Positions 20,294-29,946 of a stretch of 64,000 bases of DNA are shown one piece after another; position 1 is the stretch's first letter; each line of letters starts with the position of its first letter. The DNA lies in the IMG/VR virus record IMGVR_UViG_3300037313_000284, positions 64,001 through 128,000 of that record; one strand, written 5' to 3'. The notes beneath the pieces were generated by a model. It saw only the letters and a list, made by a program, of their open reading frames with translations, ran no database searches and was not told where the DNA came from. The stretch is from a virus. The position numbers were made by a program, and so were the translations under genes.

Positions 20294-20408
20294 AGCTCTT
20301 CTCCTGATAGGTGGTACTCAATTAGTATAAACCTTCGAAGCGTACTAAGTGCTACCACCTATGCGGAGGGTCAGTGATAACTTGCTTCGAATGACGCTAA
20401 TAAATTAG
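20294..20408 (-). promoter_or_regulatory. Late promoter plus structured SD-sequestering 5' leader
   Basis: CTCC..ATAGGTGGTA pairs with TACCACCTAT..GGAG; TTCGAAGC pairs with loop GCTTCGAA. Confidence 0.55.
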
Positions 20409-20426
20409 TAATATCGCGTAAGTTAT

Positions 20427-21071
20427 TTAGGCAGCCCACGTACCTTCAAGAGTCACGTCGAAAGTTTCGGCATTAGCCGGAACATAAGCGCCATTAACTT
20501 CGGCGATAGCATAGAAGTTATACGTGTCCGACGGGCTAAACGTAATAGCGCTACCAACAGCCGGAACGCCAGTACCCACCGCGTAAGCAGTGCCGCCGAA
20601 GAAAGCCGTTTGCGCGATATCAATACGACCAACAAGACCGGTAACCGAAGCCACGCCTAAGATACCAGCCGATTGTAATGCTGCGTTGTCCGCAACGCTT
20701 AGCACCGGCAGAGTATCAAACAGGTAGAGACGGAAAGCCGCGTTAGTAACGCTAGCCGCGCTCTTACGAATACGAGCGCGTTCAATACGCAGACCGCGAC
20801 CGGGAGCCGGATTAACAAACGAAAAGAAACCGCCAGCCGCAGAGGCCAAGGCGTCGCCTGCCGCGTACGCATTGGTATCAGTCGGACGCGTAAGCACATT
20901 CGATTTAATAGCAAACGCACTATCCGTGAACTGCGTAACGGTAATCGAGCCGTTGGCGATAAAACCCTTCACTTCGCCGGGCAGCACAGTGAACGTTGCA
21001 GCTTCCGAAGCGGCAAGGATAGCATTGCCGAGACGAATGTCGGAATTGGTCCTGTTGGTAACTAGATACAT
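20427..21071 (-). CDS. Putative virion structural protein
   Basis: 214 aa, A/T/G-rich beta protein, TAATTTA motif upstream (21101-21112). Confidence 0.55.
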   Translation of the reverse strand: MYLVTNRTNSDIRLGNAILAASEAATFTVLPGEVKGFIANGSITVTQFTDSAFAIKSNVLTRPTDTNAYAAGDALASAAGGFFSFVNPAPGRGLRIERARIRKSAASVTNAAFRLYLFDTLPVLSVADNAALQSAGILGVASVTGLVGRIDIAQTAFFGGTAYAVGTGVPAVGSAITFSPSDTYNFYAIAEVNGAYVPANAETFDVTLEGTWAA

Positions 21072-21198
21072 TGGAATGATCCTATCTATGGGCGTTAGTA
21101 TTATTAAATTATCTATTTACGATTGCAGCGAGGGTATTCTTTTAGCGGTACCGGCGGCCGCTTAAAATCTTCACTAATAATTATTGCCGAATTATTTA

Positions 21199-21696
21199 TT
21201 ATTTCTTTTTACGCTTAACTTGCTTGCCAGTTTTAACATCTACTTTGATCGCGCGGGCCATACCGACTTTCGGCCGGTAGAAATGATGCTTCCCTTCAGT
21301 TCGATCAAACACAAATCTTCCGCCTTGAATACTAGGCTTAGGCTTTTTAACACCAGCAGATTTGGCGGTACTGAACTTAGCTTTAGCGTTAGATTTCTTT
21401 TTAGCAGCGTGATAAGCTTTCAAGCCTTCGCTAATAGCTTTACGGTGTGCAGCAGTCTTGACACTGCGTCCGTCTGGATTAGCTTTCGGTCCTCGTTTGA
21501 ATCGCTTCTCGTCTACCTTTGGCGCGGGCTTTGTTCCACGTTTAAACTTAGTAACAGGTTTAGGGGTTTTGAGCGGCTTCTTTTTCTTAGCAATGCGTCC
21601 TGGGCCACCAACTCTTTCAATGTTGCCGTTAGAACGCTTAATGATTTTTTCTTTCTTCCCCGTCCTGGGGTTAACTTTCGTAGTGACCTTAGCCAT
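21199..21696 (-). CDS. Lys-rich basic protein
   Basis: 165 aa, very K/R-rich, NUMOD3-like AAHRKAISEGLK. Confidence 0.75.
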   Translation of the reverse strand: MAKVTTKVNPRTGKKEKIIKRSNGNIERVGGPGRIAKKKKPLKTPKPVTKFKRGTKPAPKVDEKRFKRGPKANPDGRSVKTAAHRKAISEGLKAYHAAKKKSNAKAKFSTAKSAGVKKPKPSIQGGRFVFDRTEGKHHFYRPKVGMARAIKVDVKTGKQVKRKKK

Positions 21697-22174
21697 GATC
21701 TTCGTCCATCATTTGCGCAAGCGCGCTAGCTGATAATAAAACTTCGCCGCGCTTAGCGGTGTCTTCACCTAGACGAGAAGCTTGATTAACTTCGTCACCC
21801 CACATGTCCTTATCGAATAGGATCGTGCGACCGTACCCGATACCGATAGAGCAAGGGAAATCCGAAGCTAGTTGCTTAGCCGCCGACACCGCGTCTTTCA
21901 CGTTAGGAAAGATCGCAAAGATATCGTCAGCTTCCATCTTTACTATCTCGCCGCCGTGCGTCTCTACGATAGGCTTACTGACAATTTGAAAGCGACGTAT
22001 TTGCAGCATAGCCGCGAATACGCCTTCGGTTTCTGTAATGCGACTAAACCCGCTCATGTCCGCAATGAACACGGCGACGTCTCTGCCGAATAACCGATCC
22101 ATATCCTCAGATATGTAAGGTTCGGTTTCCGGTCGCGCTAATACTAAATCAAGCAGGCGCGTAAGAAACATCAC
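21689..22174 (-). CDS. Class III adenylate/guanylate cyclase, stand-alone catalytic domain
   Basis: FIADMSGFS, GGEIVKMEADD, IGIGYG, DMWGDEVNQASRL. Confidence 0.85.
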   Translation of the reverse strand: MMFLTRLLDLVLARPETEPYISEDMDRLFGRDVAVFIADMSGFSRITETEGVFAAMLQIRRFQIVSKPIVETHGGEIVKMEADDIFAIFPNVKDAVSAAKQLASDFPCSIGIGYGRTILFDKDMWGDEVNQASRLGEDTAKRGEVLLSASALAQMMDEDHG

Positions 22175-23580
22175 CGCATTCCTTGAACAGGCTCAACGCC
22201 AGCACCAAACACTAACTGCTTGTTGCCTTTCACGTTGAACAAGGGATAGAGCATAGTTTCGGTTAGTGTAGGCTCCATAAGTTCGGTCATAACCGAGCAA
22301 GAGATAACTTGACCCCTAGCAGTTTCAACCGGTGTGACTGTGGTTACGCGCCACATCAATCTATACTTATTATCGCCTATTAACGAGTTGCGGTCAACTT
22401 TACCTACCTCAGGTGGTAAAGACACTTCAATACCATCACCTCGGATTGCAACGGAATGTCCAGCGGTTTGGTTGAAGTTAGTAACTTGTCCGCGCACCAC
22501 GTTGTGAATGAGAGTCACGTCAACGTGCGTCAAATCAATCGGGTAGTCCTTAGTGTTGGTAGCCCGAATGACTAATGTTTGCAGGTTGACTTGGCTAACG
22601 CTCGCGAGTTGCGCAATAGGTGCGTACGTCGTGCCGTCTAGCGAGTACGTAATAACTACGTCAGACGCGTGTCGGCCATCATAAGCCACGGCCCATGCAA
22701 ACTGGAAATAGTTAGGGCAGTTTAGCCCGCCCCATTCCACGTAGTCGTCAGGGTCCAGATGATAAACCGGAGGCATAACGCTTTCATCCGCGCCTAGCAT
22801 CGGAACCATAGTCGCGTTGACAGACGATAATACTAACCGGGTACCGCCTAATAGATCATAGCCGCCTAGCAAGCCCGTTCCGAAGCAGATTGGGCACGTC
22901 TGCGAACTGCCAATGACGTAAGCGTTGTCCGCAAGAATGCTATCGGGATTCCACGCGTCTTTTTCGTAGTCCGCTATTAACTCCTCACCGAATTCGTCGG
23001 AAGGGCTATCGGAATACTCGTGATCATATTCCCCTGCGTGGCGTCCATCGTGCATCGGACCTTCGTACGGACCAACCGAAAGAGAGTTAGTAGTGTAAGG
23101 GTCGGTGGTGCCACTAGTGGAAGTCTTCGGCGGAGGTACTTCATCGTCAAATACATCGGCTTCCGAAAAGTTATGATCAGCACGATAACTTTTGGTTTGC
23201 GCGAAGTGGTGGTCATCGGCGGACACGTCTCTAACACGAACGCGCAAGGTACTGCCTGCCGTGTCCAGATCGTCAGTGGTGTCTTCTGCTACGCCTAGCA
23301 CATGCGAATTACTAGACGGCGTTTCCGCCACGTGATCGCTAGGCTCAGTTTCGCAACCGCAACGAACACCGAATTTCTTAGGGGAGAAAACGAACAACTG
23401 CGTAGCGTCAATCGAAATCGCTTCCGCAATACGACGCGATGCAGCAGACGTTAATAAATCGATACGGTCCTGTGCGGCGTGCGCTATACCAGCATTAGGC
23501 GGCACAATTCCATGCACTCGACCGGGCGAACCGGCGTGTTGCCCTGGTACGGACCGAGTGCCGAATCTGAAACGGGTCAT
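22171..23580 (-). CDS. Hypothetical, probably structural, protein
   Basis: 469 aa; CxC...CPICFGTG Zn motif, beta-rich C-half. Confidence 0.7.
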   Translation of the reverse strand: MTRFRFGTRSVPGQHAGSPGRVHGIVPPNAGIAHAAQDRIDLLTSAASRRIAEAISIDATQLFVFSPKKFGVRCGCETEPSDHVAETPSSNSHVLGVAEDTTDDLDTAGSTLRVRVRDVSADDHHFAQTKSYRADHNFSEADVFDDEVPPPKTSTSGTTDPYTTNSLSVGPYEGPMHDGRHAGEYDHEYSDSPSDEFGEELIADYEKDAWNPDSILADNAYVIGSSQTCPICFGTGLLGGYDLLGGTRLVLSSVNATMVPMLGADESVMPPVYHLDPDDYVEWGGLNCPNYFQFAWAVAYDGRHASDVVITYSLDGTTYAPIAQLASVSQVNLQTLVIRATNTKDYPIDLTHVDVTLIHNVVRGQVTNFNQTAGHSVAIRGDGIEVSLPPEVGKVDRNSLIGDNKYRLMWRVTTVTPVETARGQVISCSVMTELMEPTLTETMLYPLFNVKGNKQLVFGAGVEPVQGMR

Positions 23581-23594
23581 GAGGCTGCTCGGGT

Positions 23595-23620
23595 TAATTT
23601 ATTAGCTGAAGTTAAATTAG
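23595..23620. promoter_or_regulatory. Pair of oppositely oriented late promoter motifs between divergent genes
   Basis: TAATTTATTAG on + (23595-23605) and CTAATTTA on - (23613-23620). Confidence 0.65.
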
Positions 23621-23652
23621 CTGCTATCCAGTTAGTGTAGTAGCTCCGCGTA

Positions 23653-24285
23653 ATGGAGATAGCAGTGTCTATCGGATATGAGTTGCCGTTATTCCCGCTT
23701 CAAGCGAAGGCTCACAACAAGGTTATTTACCGATTAGGTGAAGGTGAACCTAGCATTATATGGGCGGGTCGGCAGGCCGGTAAAACGGAAATCTGTCGGC
23801 GTGTTTCACATGCGTTTGAAGCCGCACACCAAGTCGGCATCAGTTATTCACCGGAACATTTCGAAGACTTTTTAATCGAAGACTATGACCACTTCCATCC
23901 GGCGGAAGTGACATTGGAATTCGGGGCAGAGCTAGAGCCGATTTGGGAAGCATTAACTCCGCAAACGGTCGTGTTCATTGATAACCTATTTGAACTGCCA
24001 TTCGCGGAAGAGTTGTTTTATCGAATAGCGCACGTCACGCCGCATATAGTCGCTATGACCAGCATAGGCATTGAAGACTCCGGTTGGGACGTTAGTAAAA
24101 CTATAGCCTACATGATTGGTCCGTACGCCACTTGGGAAATGAACCCGATGATGGATCAAGAGGCGCTTAGAGAATCGCGGTCGATGACACCCGGTGATCG
24201 TCGTAAGTTCAATGATGAATTATTAGCTTGCGTGAACACGAAGTACATGTGGAAGGATTGGGCATGCAAAACTTCCAAAAGCTAA
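23653..24285 (+). CDS. Short terminase-like P-loop ATPase domain protein
   Basis: GRQAGKT Walker A, degenerate Walker B VVFIDN; only 210 aa. Confidence 0.5.
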   Translation: MEIAVSIGYELPLFPLQAKAHNKVIYRLGEGEPSIIWAGRQAGKTEICRRVSHAFEAAHQVGISYSPEHFEDFLIEDYDHFHPAEVTLEFGAELEPIWEALTPQTVVFIDNLFELPFAEELFYRIAHVTPHIVAMTSIGIEDSGWDVSKTIAYMIGPYATWEMNPMMDQEALRESRSMTPGDRRKFNDELLACVNTKYMWKDWACKTSKS

Positions 24286-24572
24286 CTATCGAAGAATTAG
24301 TGGTGTTGCGTAAGGCTTGTCATGATCGGCCATTTGCCGGAGATATGTTAATCGGCGACACGTTCATGCCGCAAGAGTTTCACGGGACTGCTAGCGAATT
24401 CGATATCTTGAATAAACTAGCGGACTACTATCTGATTGATTACCACGACGAAGGTTGGTTCGGAACTGACAAAGGTTACGAACTGTTAGATTATTATCGC
24501 CCATGTCTCGGCAATTACGGATTAGCCGGACCGACACCAGGGCAATTGAAAGCATTTATATATGGCACATGA
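24264..24572 (+). CDS. Hypothetical protein (possible winged helix)
   Basis: From MQNFQ with SD AAGGA; ..LIDY..WFGTDKG.. pattern. Confidence 0.55.
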   Translation: MQNFQKLTIEELVVLRKACHDRPFAGDMLIGDTFMPQEFHGTASEFDILNKLADYYLIDYHDEGWFGTDKGYELLDYYRPCLGNYGLAGPTPGQLKAFIYGT

Positions 24573-25260
24573 AATTTGGCTGGGGGCTGATCCTGGAACT
24601 GCTCACTTCGCTGTTACTGTAATCCGATATTGTACGGAAACCCGGCGCAAGAAAGTGCTGTACGTCGGCATGATCGAAAACCCGATCAAGAACCTGACAG
24701 AAACCGCAGTTACTATGAAGCGTCGTAAAAAGAAAAACGGCGTAGCACAACCGCATATCGATAAGGATGAACCGCGTCTGTCTATTGCGGTGAAGCTGTT
24801 CACTGACGAGATTGATTGGCTACTAACTACGTATAAGGTCACGCACTTCGTAGGCGAGCGTTTCCAAGCGCGCGGGCGCATGATGGGTGATACCATCGAG
24901 GCCGTAAGCACGATGATGGGGATTATTATCGCCATGTGTCAACGGCGTCGTATTAAATTCCTGACCACCATTGCAGGGGTCTGGAAAGGCGCCATCGCAC
25001 GGCAACGCTGTGACTTGCCAAAGCTCTACGCAAATGGTATTATTATATATCAAAAAGCGTTGGCAGAAGCAGGCTTCAAAGCAACGCAAGGTGAGGCTAG
25101 TGATATCGTTCATATGATCGATAGTTCGTTAATAGCCTTGTGGCATGCAGATCGAGAACAAGTATGGGCGAACAGTTCACTCTTACGCGTACTAACAGAG
25201 CGCTTGCTTCGTCAAGCAAGCGCAGGCGAGTCATCATCCGAGCGGCTGAACGAATCGTAG
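24562..25260 (+). CDS. RuvC-like Holliday junction resolvase
   Basis: LGADPGTAHFAV, FVGERFQ, WK, HMIDS acidic motifs. Confidence 0.75.
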   Translation: MAHEIWLGADPGTAHFAVTVIRYCTETRRKKVLYVGMIENPIKNLTETAVTMKRRKKKNGVAQPHIDKDEPRLSIAVKLFTDEIDWLLTTYKVTHFVGERFQARGRMMGDTIEAVSTMMGIIIAMCQRRRIKFLTTIAGVWKGAIARQRCDLPKLYANGIIIYQKALAEAGFKATQGEASDIVHMIDSSLIALWHADREQVWANSSLLRVLTERLLRQASAGESSSERLNES

Positions 25261-25619
25261 CCGCCAGCAAGATCACTACGTGTGCAATGGCCCCGGAACT
25301 AAGCTACAAGGGGTCAGCTTGTCCGGTTATTAATTGCTACATGCGCAACGAACAAAACGGAGCCTGCACCGCAGCCGAAGAGGCTAAAGCGAGTAGCAAG
25401 CTAATGCGTGAAGCAATGACGATTGTCGAAATCATCTATGCGACGCGTGAAGCCCCGGAGTGGGCCAAGTTTACTATGGTCACCACCCTCAATGAGAAGC
25501 ACGAACGCTTTATTAAAGAGGCTGATCTAGACGCGGGTAAGCTGCAATACGTGCTAGATCAAAATCCCCTTTACGCGACTACACTGCTTAGTGTGTTCAA
25601 ATCGCAAGCGGAGGAATAA
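25140..25619 (+). CDS. Hypothetical Cys-containing protein (start uncertain)
   Basis: ORF continues the + strand operon. Confidence 0.5.
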   Translation: MACRSRTSMGEQFTLTRTNRALASSSKRRRVIIRAAERIVAASKITTCAMAPELSYKGSACPVINCYMRNEQNGACTAAEEAKASSKLMREAMTIVEIIYATREAPEWAKFTMVTTLNEKHERFIKEADLDAGKLQYVLDQNPLYATTLLSVFKSQAEE

Positions 25620-25620
25620 C

Positions 25621-25833
25621 ATGTTGATATTGATTTTAATTATTATCGGACTTGCCTTGCTCGGGTTTAGCGAGCACTACCTGCGAAAGCACCTGGATTG
25701 GGTAAAGACGTGGGGCTTTCCGGAAGAACCTGCGCATGGCTATATTAACTATCCTATAGCTCTCGTGCTTACGTTAGTAGCCACCGTGCTAGAGGTTACT
25801 GCTTTCGCATTAATGATAGCCAGATTCGTATAG
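25621..25833 (+). CDS. Small 2-TM membrane protein
   Basis: SD GGAGG; two hydrophobic helices. Confidence 0.65.
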   Translation: MLILILIIIGLALLGFSEHYLRKHLDWVKTWGFPEEPAHGYINYPIALVLTLVATVLEVTAFALMIARFV

Positions 25834-25842
25834 AGAAAACGA

Positions 25843-26076
25843 ATGGACCCGATTATTGCAACTGCATTGTTAGGGTTAGCTGCCTGCATAAGCTTTATGT
25901 TTGCGTTAGGCAACGCGCTCTATTGGGAAGACGCAAGTCGATTGGCCTATTACAAAGAAAACAATAGCATCAATGGCATTTGGACTGGCGTTTGGGTAAT
26001 CGTGTTTCTTCTTTGTGTTTGCGGGTTAGTTGTTTACACGCCCAAGGCGTTCTTAGTGCTTAAAGCTTGTTTATAA
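25843..26076 (+). CDS. Small 2-TM membrane protein
   Basis: Two hydrophobic helices. Confidence 0.65.
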   Translation: MDPIIATALLGLAACISFMFALGNALYWEDASRLAYYKENNSINGIWTGVWVIVFLLCVCGLVVYTPKAFLVLKACL

Positions 26077-26164
26077 GGTCTGCCGTCTCGATCAATTTAT
26101 TGGCGAGGCTGAGAGATTATAAGCCTCGGCCAAACCAATTTGCATCGAGAAGTGGTAGACTACA

Positions 26165-26782
26165 ATGGAATCCAAGAGCTTTAACCTGTACGAACAACAA
26201 ACTAAAGTCCGCGAAATCCTTAAGGATGATAGCAGCGACTCGTTCTTTATTCTAAACGTTTCGGACCGCCCCGACCGTAACCAGAAGGCCACGCGTGAAC
26301 TCGCTATGGTCTTGTTCGCGGTTACTGTTGACGGTGAATCGCGTATTATTCGCGTGCCGCCTAGCTGGGTTCCGATTGACGCGGGCATGCAAGCGCCTAA
26401 GAAGGTTATTGCGGCGAGCGGTGAATTCCAACGCGCGTTAACGGCTGGCGCTATCGTGGTGCTGGACGATGAGACTGGTCGCCGCATTATTAGCGCTGAC
26501 ACTGAGAGCCGCGATGAATATGCTAAGGTCATGGCTATCGCGCAAAACGTCAACGGTTCGGGCCAAGGTTATCAGTCTTATAACCAATCGGAATCGGAAG
26601 CGGCGGATGATCCGTGGGCCAACGTTTCGGCTAGCGTGAAGGTCAACGTGCAGGAAGTCGAAGCTAATAACATGTCAGAAGTTGAATTCCGTAGCTTCCT
26701 GCGTCGTGAGGCTCGCTCGATTTCCGCGCTGGATAAGAAGTATATCTCGGACAAGCTGCCTACTCTGAACATCACGGTCTAA
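26165..26782 (+). CDS. Hypothetical protein, probably highly expressed
   Basis: 205 aa; own CAATTTATTGG motif (26093-26103) and own terminator. Confidence 0.75.
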   Translation: MESKSFNLYEQQTKVREILKDDSSDSFFILNVSDRPDRNQKATRELAMVLFAVTVDGESRIIRVPPSWVPIDAGMQAPKKVIAASGEFQRALTAGAIVVLDDETGRRIISADTESRDEYAKVMAIAQNVNGSGQGYQSYNQSESEAADDPWANVSASVKVNVQEVEANNMSEVEFRSFLRREARSISALDKKYISDKLPTLNITV

Positions 26783-26803
26783 CCTAAGACAGTCCAAGAC
26801 TCA

Positions 26804-26838
26804 AAAAGCCCCGGTGCATGCACCGGGGCTTTTCTTTT
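26804..26838. terminator. Bidirectional terminator (perfect 30-bp palindrome)
   Basis: AAAAGCCCCGGTGCATGCACCGGGGCTTTT between convergent genes. Confidence 0.85.
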
Positions 26839-26846
26839 GCCTATTA

Positions 26847-29800
26847 CTAGACTGCGACTATTTCTACCTCGTTAATAGTGGGGTCACCACCACCAGCGCC
26901 AGTAGCCGACGAGCTAGTGCCTACTGCAATCCAAAGTTCCGTGGACAGCGCCGTGAAAGTAAACGACGGATGATCATAAGGCTTCGGAGAGTCGGTAGAC
27001 GGGATGCTAGTATTTAGATACTCACTAGTGATAGCGTTAGCCGATCTAGACGCACCTAATTGCAACGAAGTTGTATTAGTGGTGTTTTGATCGGTAGCGC
27101 CCATCGCTAGCTTAATAGTAGCACGATACGTAACGCCGACAGTAAGCGGCTGTCTTGCGGCAAGGTTCATACGCAGAGTCGGGAAGCGTCCGGTATTAGT
27201 AACTACCGGCTGACCTTTGTCTCCGTAAATGACGCCTTGCGCCACCACAACGGTGTCTTCACCCACGGTCTTAGTCTTAACAAGATCGGGGTTGTGCACC
27301 ACGTTCATCGGCGTCCACGTGCCACCAGTGATTTGCTGGATGGATTCGTTTTGTGCCGAGGTTAACACTTCATTGTAGTATAGTTTGAACGAGGCTTCGA
27401 AACCAGTCTTAATAATCTGCCCGGCGGGTTGTGCAGGACGCGCCGGAACTGTGATCGTATTACTAAGCACTTCGAAACCACCCACCGTGACTTTGGTCCT
27501 ATGCGACGTGTTAAGGTCGGCAAATTCCAAGTCATAGCGAGCCGTTGCAGCCGCTCCACTAATAGCAACAGTGTCGCGTTGGTGTTCGAACGTAAACGTG
27601 CCTGAGATATTACCCGACCACAAACCATAGCCAGTATAAATTTGCGTGTTTTGGTTAAGGTCAATAGCAGAACCAGCTTCGATAAAGTCCGGCCCATCCC
27701 AGCCGCCATAACGACGAACGAATTGTTTCGGAGCTTCTAGGTTGACAACCGCGCCAGAAGCCGCATTCGTAGGTGTGACAGTTAATCTTTCTTGACCACC
27801 CAACTTTTTCGGAAAGTTGAATGACCACGTAGACCAACCAAACGCATTACGACGACGGAACTGCACGTAATACTTACGCGTAGGCAAGTTCGAAACTGAA
27901 CCGGAAGCCGGAGCGTTAGTAATAGTCGTCCACGTCATCTGATCGATGCTATAGCGAACCTGATATTCTAGAATCGGATAACCAGGAGTAGTGTGTCCAA
28001 CGTTCGTTAAGTTCCAGGCGAAACCAGTCGCAGTAGCAGTTAATATGCCTAGCGTAGCAGCCTTATCCGAACCAGCGTTAGTCTTGAACGGTGTAATACA
28101 CTCCGGACGACCTTCCCAAACCGGGAGAGCCATTAGATTTAGTGTATTACGTAATAACGTGTAGAGCGCTTGATATTGCGCAGACAAGAACGTTGCCGTT
28201 CCAGTCTCATACATGTCCATGGTTAGGAATGTCATGTAACGGTCAACGAAAGCAACAGCCGCGCCTAGTTGACCAGCGGTCGCCCAAGTATTACCGCCAG
28301 CTAGAACCGACCAACCATCCCATCCGTTTGGACCGTTTCTAAAGCACCCGATATTAAGCATTTCGGGAACGCCTGCGCCACATGAAGTACCCAGATAGTC
28401 AGCGTCAATCTGACTATCGAAGTTACTAGCAATCGGCGGCGGTTGTGACGGAGTTTGAGTACCCCAATGAGGTATACCCACGTCTTCTGGATAGAACGTC
28501 CTGAAATAAACGTCGTGGTTACCAGGATAATTAGTAGCAATCCCGACGAATTCAACAGGAACGTAGAACGGTTGGTGCGTAGGGTTGCTCTTAATATTTA
28601 AGCATTTCGTCATCAACCCGGACACTTTTTCCCAATAGGCGTGTCCGAATAATTGTACGAATTGTTTATGCCCGTTCCACTGCCCAGCACCCGCAGCACC
28701 ACGGAAGCTTCTATGGTCATAGATATCTAAGTTATTAGCGCCAAACGTCAGCGCTGTAATCCAAGCTGCTTGCGGCGCTGACTGTCCGGCCGCCAAGACT
28801 GCCGTAAGCCACTTAGACCAAGTGATACCGAAGTCCCGTGAATATCCGCTGTCACTAATCTTATCGACCATGAATCTACGACGTTTTTCCGCGTCGTGAA
28901 TCCACCAAGGTTGTAGGGCGGTAAAATATTCTGCGCCCGTTGCGGTAACAGTTGCTAAGTCTGGTGCACCAGACGGCAGAGTGAATCCATTACCCAAAGC
29001 TGCGCGGTTAGCCATACTAACAGTATAGCGAGTGGATTTACTGGTAGCGCTAGGCGAAGGTGCAATCGCGCCGTTCGGCGGCACGGAGCTAACAATATGT
29101 AGCACGCCGTAACCATCGAATATCCGCCATTGCCCAACTTGTGGTGTAGTTAATCCACTTCGACGAATAGATTTAACAACTGATTTCTCGTTACCAATAG
29201 CGATGGCAATCGGGGAACTCTTAGTCGCGGGGTCCACGTTTAGTGTGTGCGTGTACGTAGTCGAAGAAGCACTACCGATGCCGCCTCCGTCAGCCCACAC
29301 CGCTAGCATGCCGTCGAAGCCTTGCGCTTCGCTGCCGTAAACCATCCACGGGTCAATCATCACGCCGTTGGCCCAATACGATTGGCCTGTCATTAGGGTG
29401 GCGCTACCACCCGGAGGGGTCATCGTAAAGTTACCGGAAGCCGTATTAACACCATCTGGTGTAATCTGCGTGATATTAAACACGCGATCCGAGATCGCGA
29501 ACGGCTGACCGTCGGCGTAGCGACCCACAAGCACCGGAACGCTAAAGTAGAAAGTCACATCACCATGAGTGATCGACGATTGTAGCGAAGTGGGCGTCAC
29601 CGAAGCAATAACCGTGACAGCAATTGCAAAATTGGGCGACGTTAGACCGGTAGCGACGCTAGTGGCACGCACGATAACATCGTAAACGTTATTACCGCCA
29701 ACGTCGACGGGGTTTTCGAAATCCTTAGGCGAACCTTGCCACACAAGGTTACTACCGACGATTTGGAAGTTGGCCGCGTCGGCTCCGCCAACGATTGCCC

Positions 29801-29933
29801 AAGTAACGGACTCGTTAGCGGTTAGCGCGTGAGTTAGCGTAGTTTCGTCAACTACGACGACCGTATTCGCCATCGTAACCACAGGGGCGGGTAACGGGTT
29901 ATACGTTAATAACGCCGCTACGCTGGTGCTCAT
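26847..29933 (-). CDS. Putative fibre/receptor-binding protein with cadherin-like and FN3 domains
   Basis: DFENPVDVGGNNVYDVIVRAT (cadherin-like), YQVRYS..YYVQFRRRNAFGWSTWS (FN3). Confidence 0.6.
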   Translation of the reverse strand: MSTSVAALLTYNPLPAPVVTMANTVVVVDETTLTHALTANESVTWAIVGGADAANFQIVGSNLVWQGSPKDFENPVDVGGNNVYDVIVRATSVATGLTSPNFAIAVTVIASVTPTSLQSSITHGDVTFYFSVPVLVGRYADGQPFAISDRVFNITQITPDGVNTASGNFTMTPPGGSATLMTGQSYWANGVMIDPWMVYGSEAQGFDGMLAVWADGGGIGSASSTTYTHTLNVDPATKSSPIAIAIGNEKSVVKSIRRSGLTTPQVGQWRIFDGYGVLHIVSSVPPNGAIAPSPSATSKSTRYTVSMANRAALGNGFTLPSGAPDLATVTATGAEYFTALQPWWIHDAEKRRRFMVDKISDSGYSRDFGITWSKWLTAVLAAGQSAPQAAWITALTFGANNLDIYDHRSFRGAAGAGQWNGHKQFVQLFGHAYWEKVSGLMTKCLNIKSNPTHQPFYVPVEFVGIATNYPGNHDVYFRTFYPEDVGIPHWGTQTPSQPPPIASNFDSQIDADYLGTSCGAGVPEMLNIGCFRNGPNGWDGWSVLAGGNTWATAGQLGAAVAFVDRYMTFLTMDMYETGTATFLSAQYQALYTLLRNTLNLMALPVWEGRPECITPFKTNAGSDKAATLGILTATATGFAWNLTNVGHTTPGYPILEYQVRYSIDQMTWTTITNAPASGSVSNLPTRKYYVQFRRRNAFGWSTWSFNFPKKLGGQERLTVTPTNAASGAVVNLEAPKQFVRRYGGWDGPDFIEAGSAIDLNQNTQIYTGYGLWSGNISGTFTFEHQRDTVAISGAAATARYDLEFADLNTSHRTKVTVGGFEVLSNTITVPARPAQPAGQIIKTGFEASFKLYYNEVLTSAQNESIQQITGGTWTPMNVVHNPDLVKTKTVGEDTVVVAQGVIYGDKGQPVVTNTGRFPTLRMNLAARQPLTVGVTYRATIKLAMGATDQNTTNTTSLQLGASRSANAITSEYLNTSIPSTDSPKPYDHPSFTFTALSTELWIAVGTSSSATGAGGGDPTINEVEIVAV

Positions 29934-29946
29934 GAAGCACCCGACT

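Noticed and set aside
21689-22174. Pycsar (cCMP/cUMP) defence system
   Set aside because: Specificity residues look adenine-type and no adjacent TIR/TM effector is present
23653-24285. The true large terminase subunit
   Set aside because: Too short, degenerate Walker B, no nuclease domain
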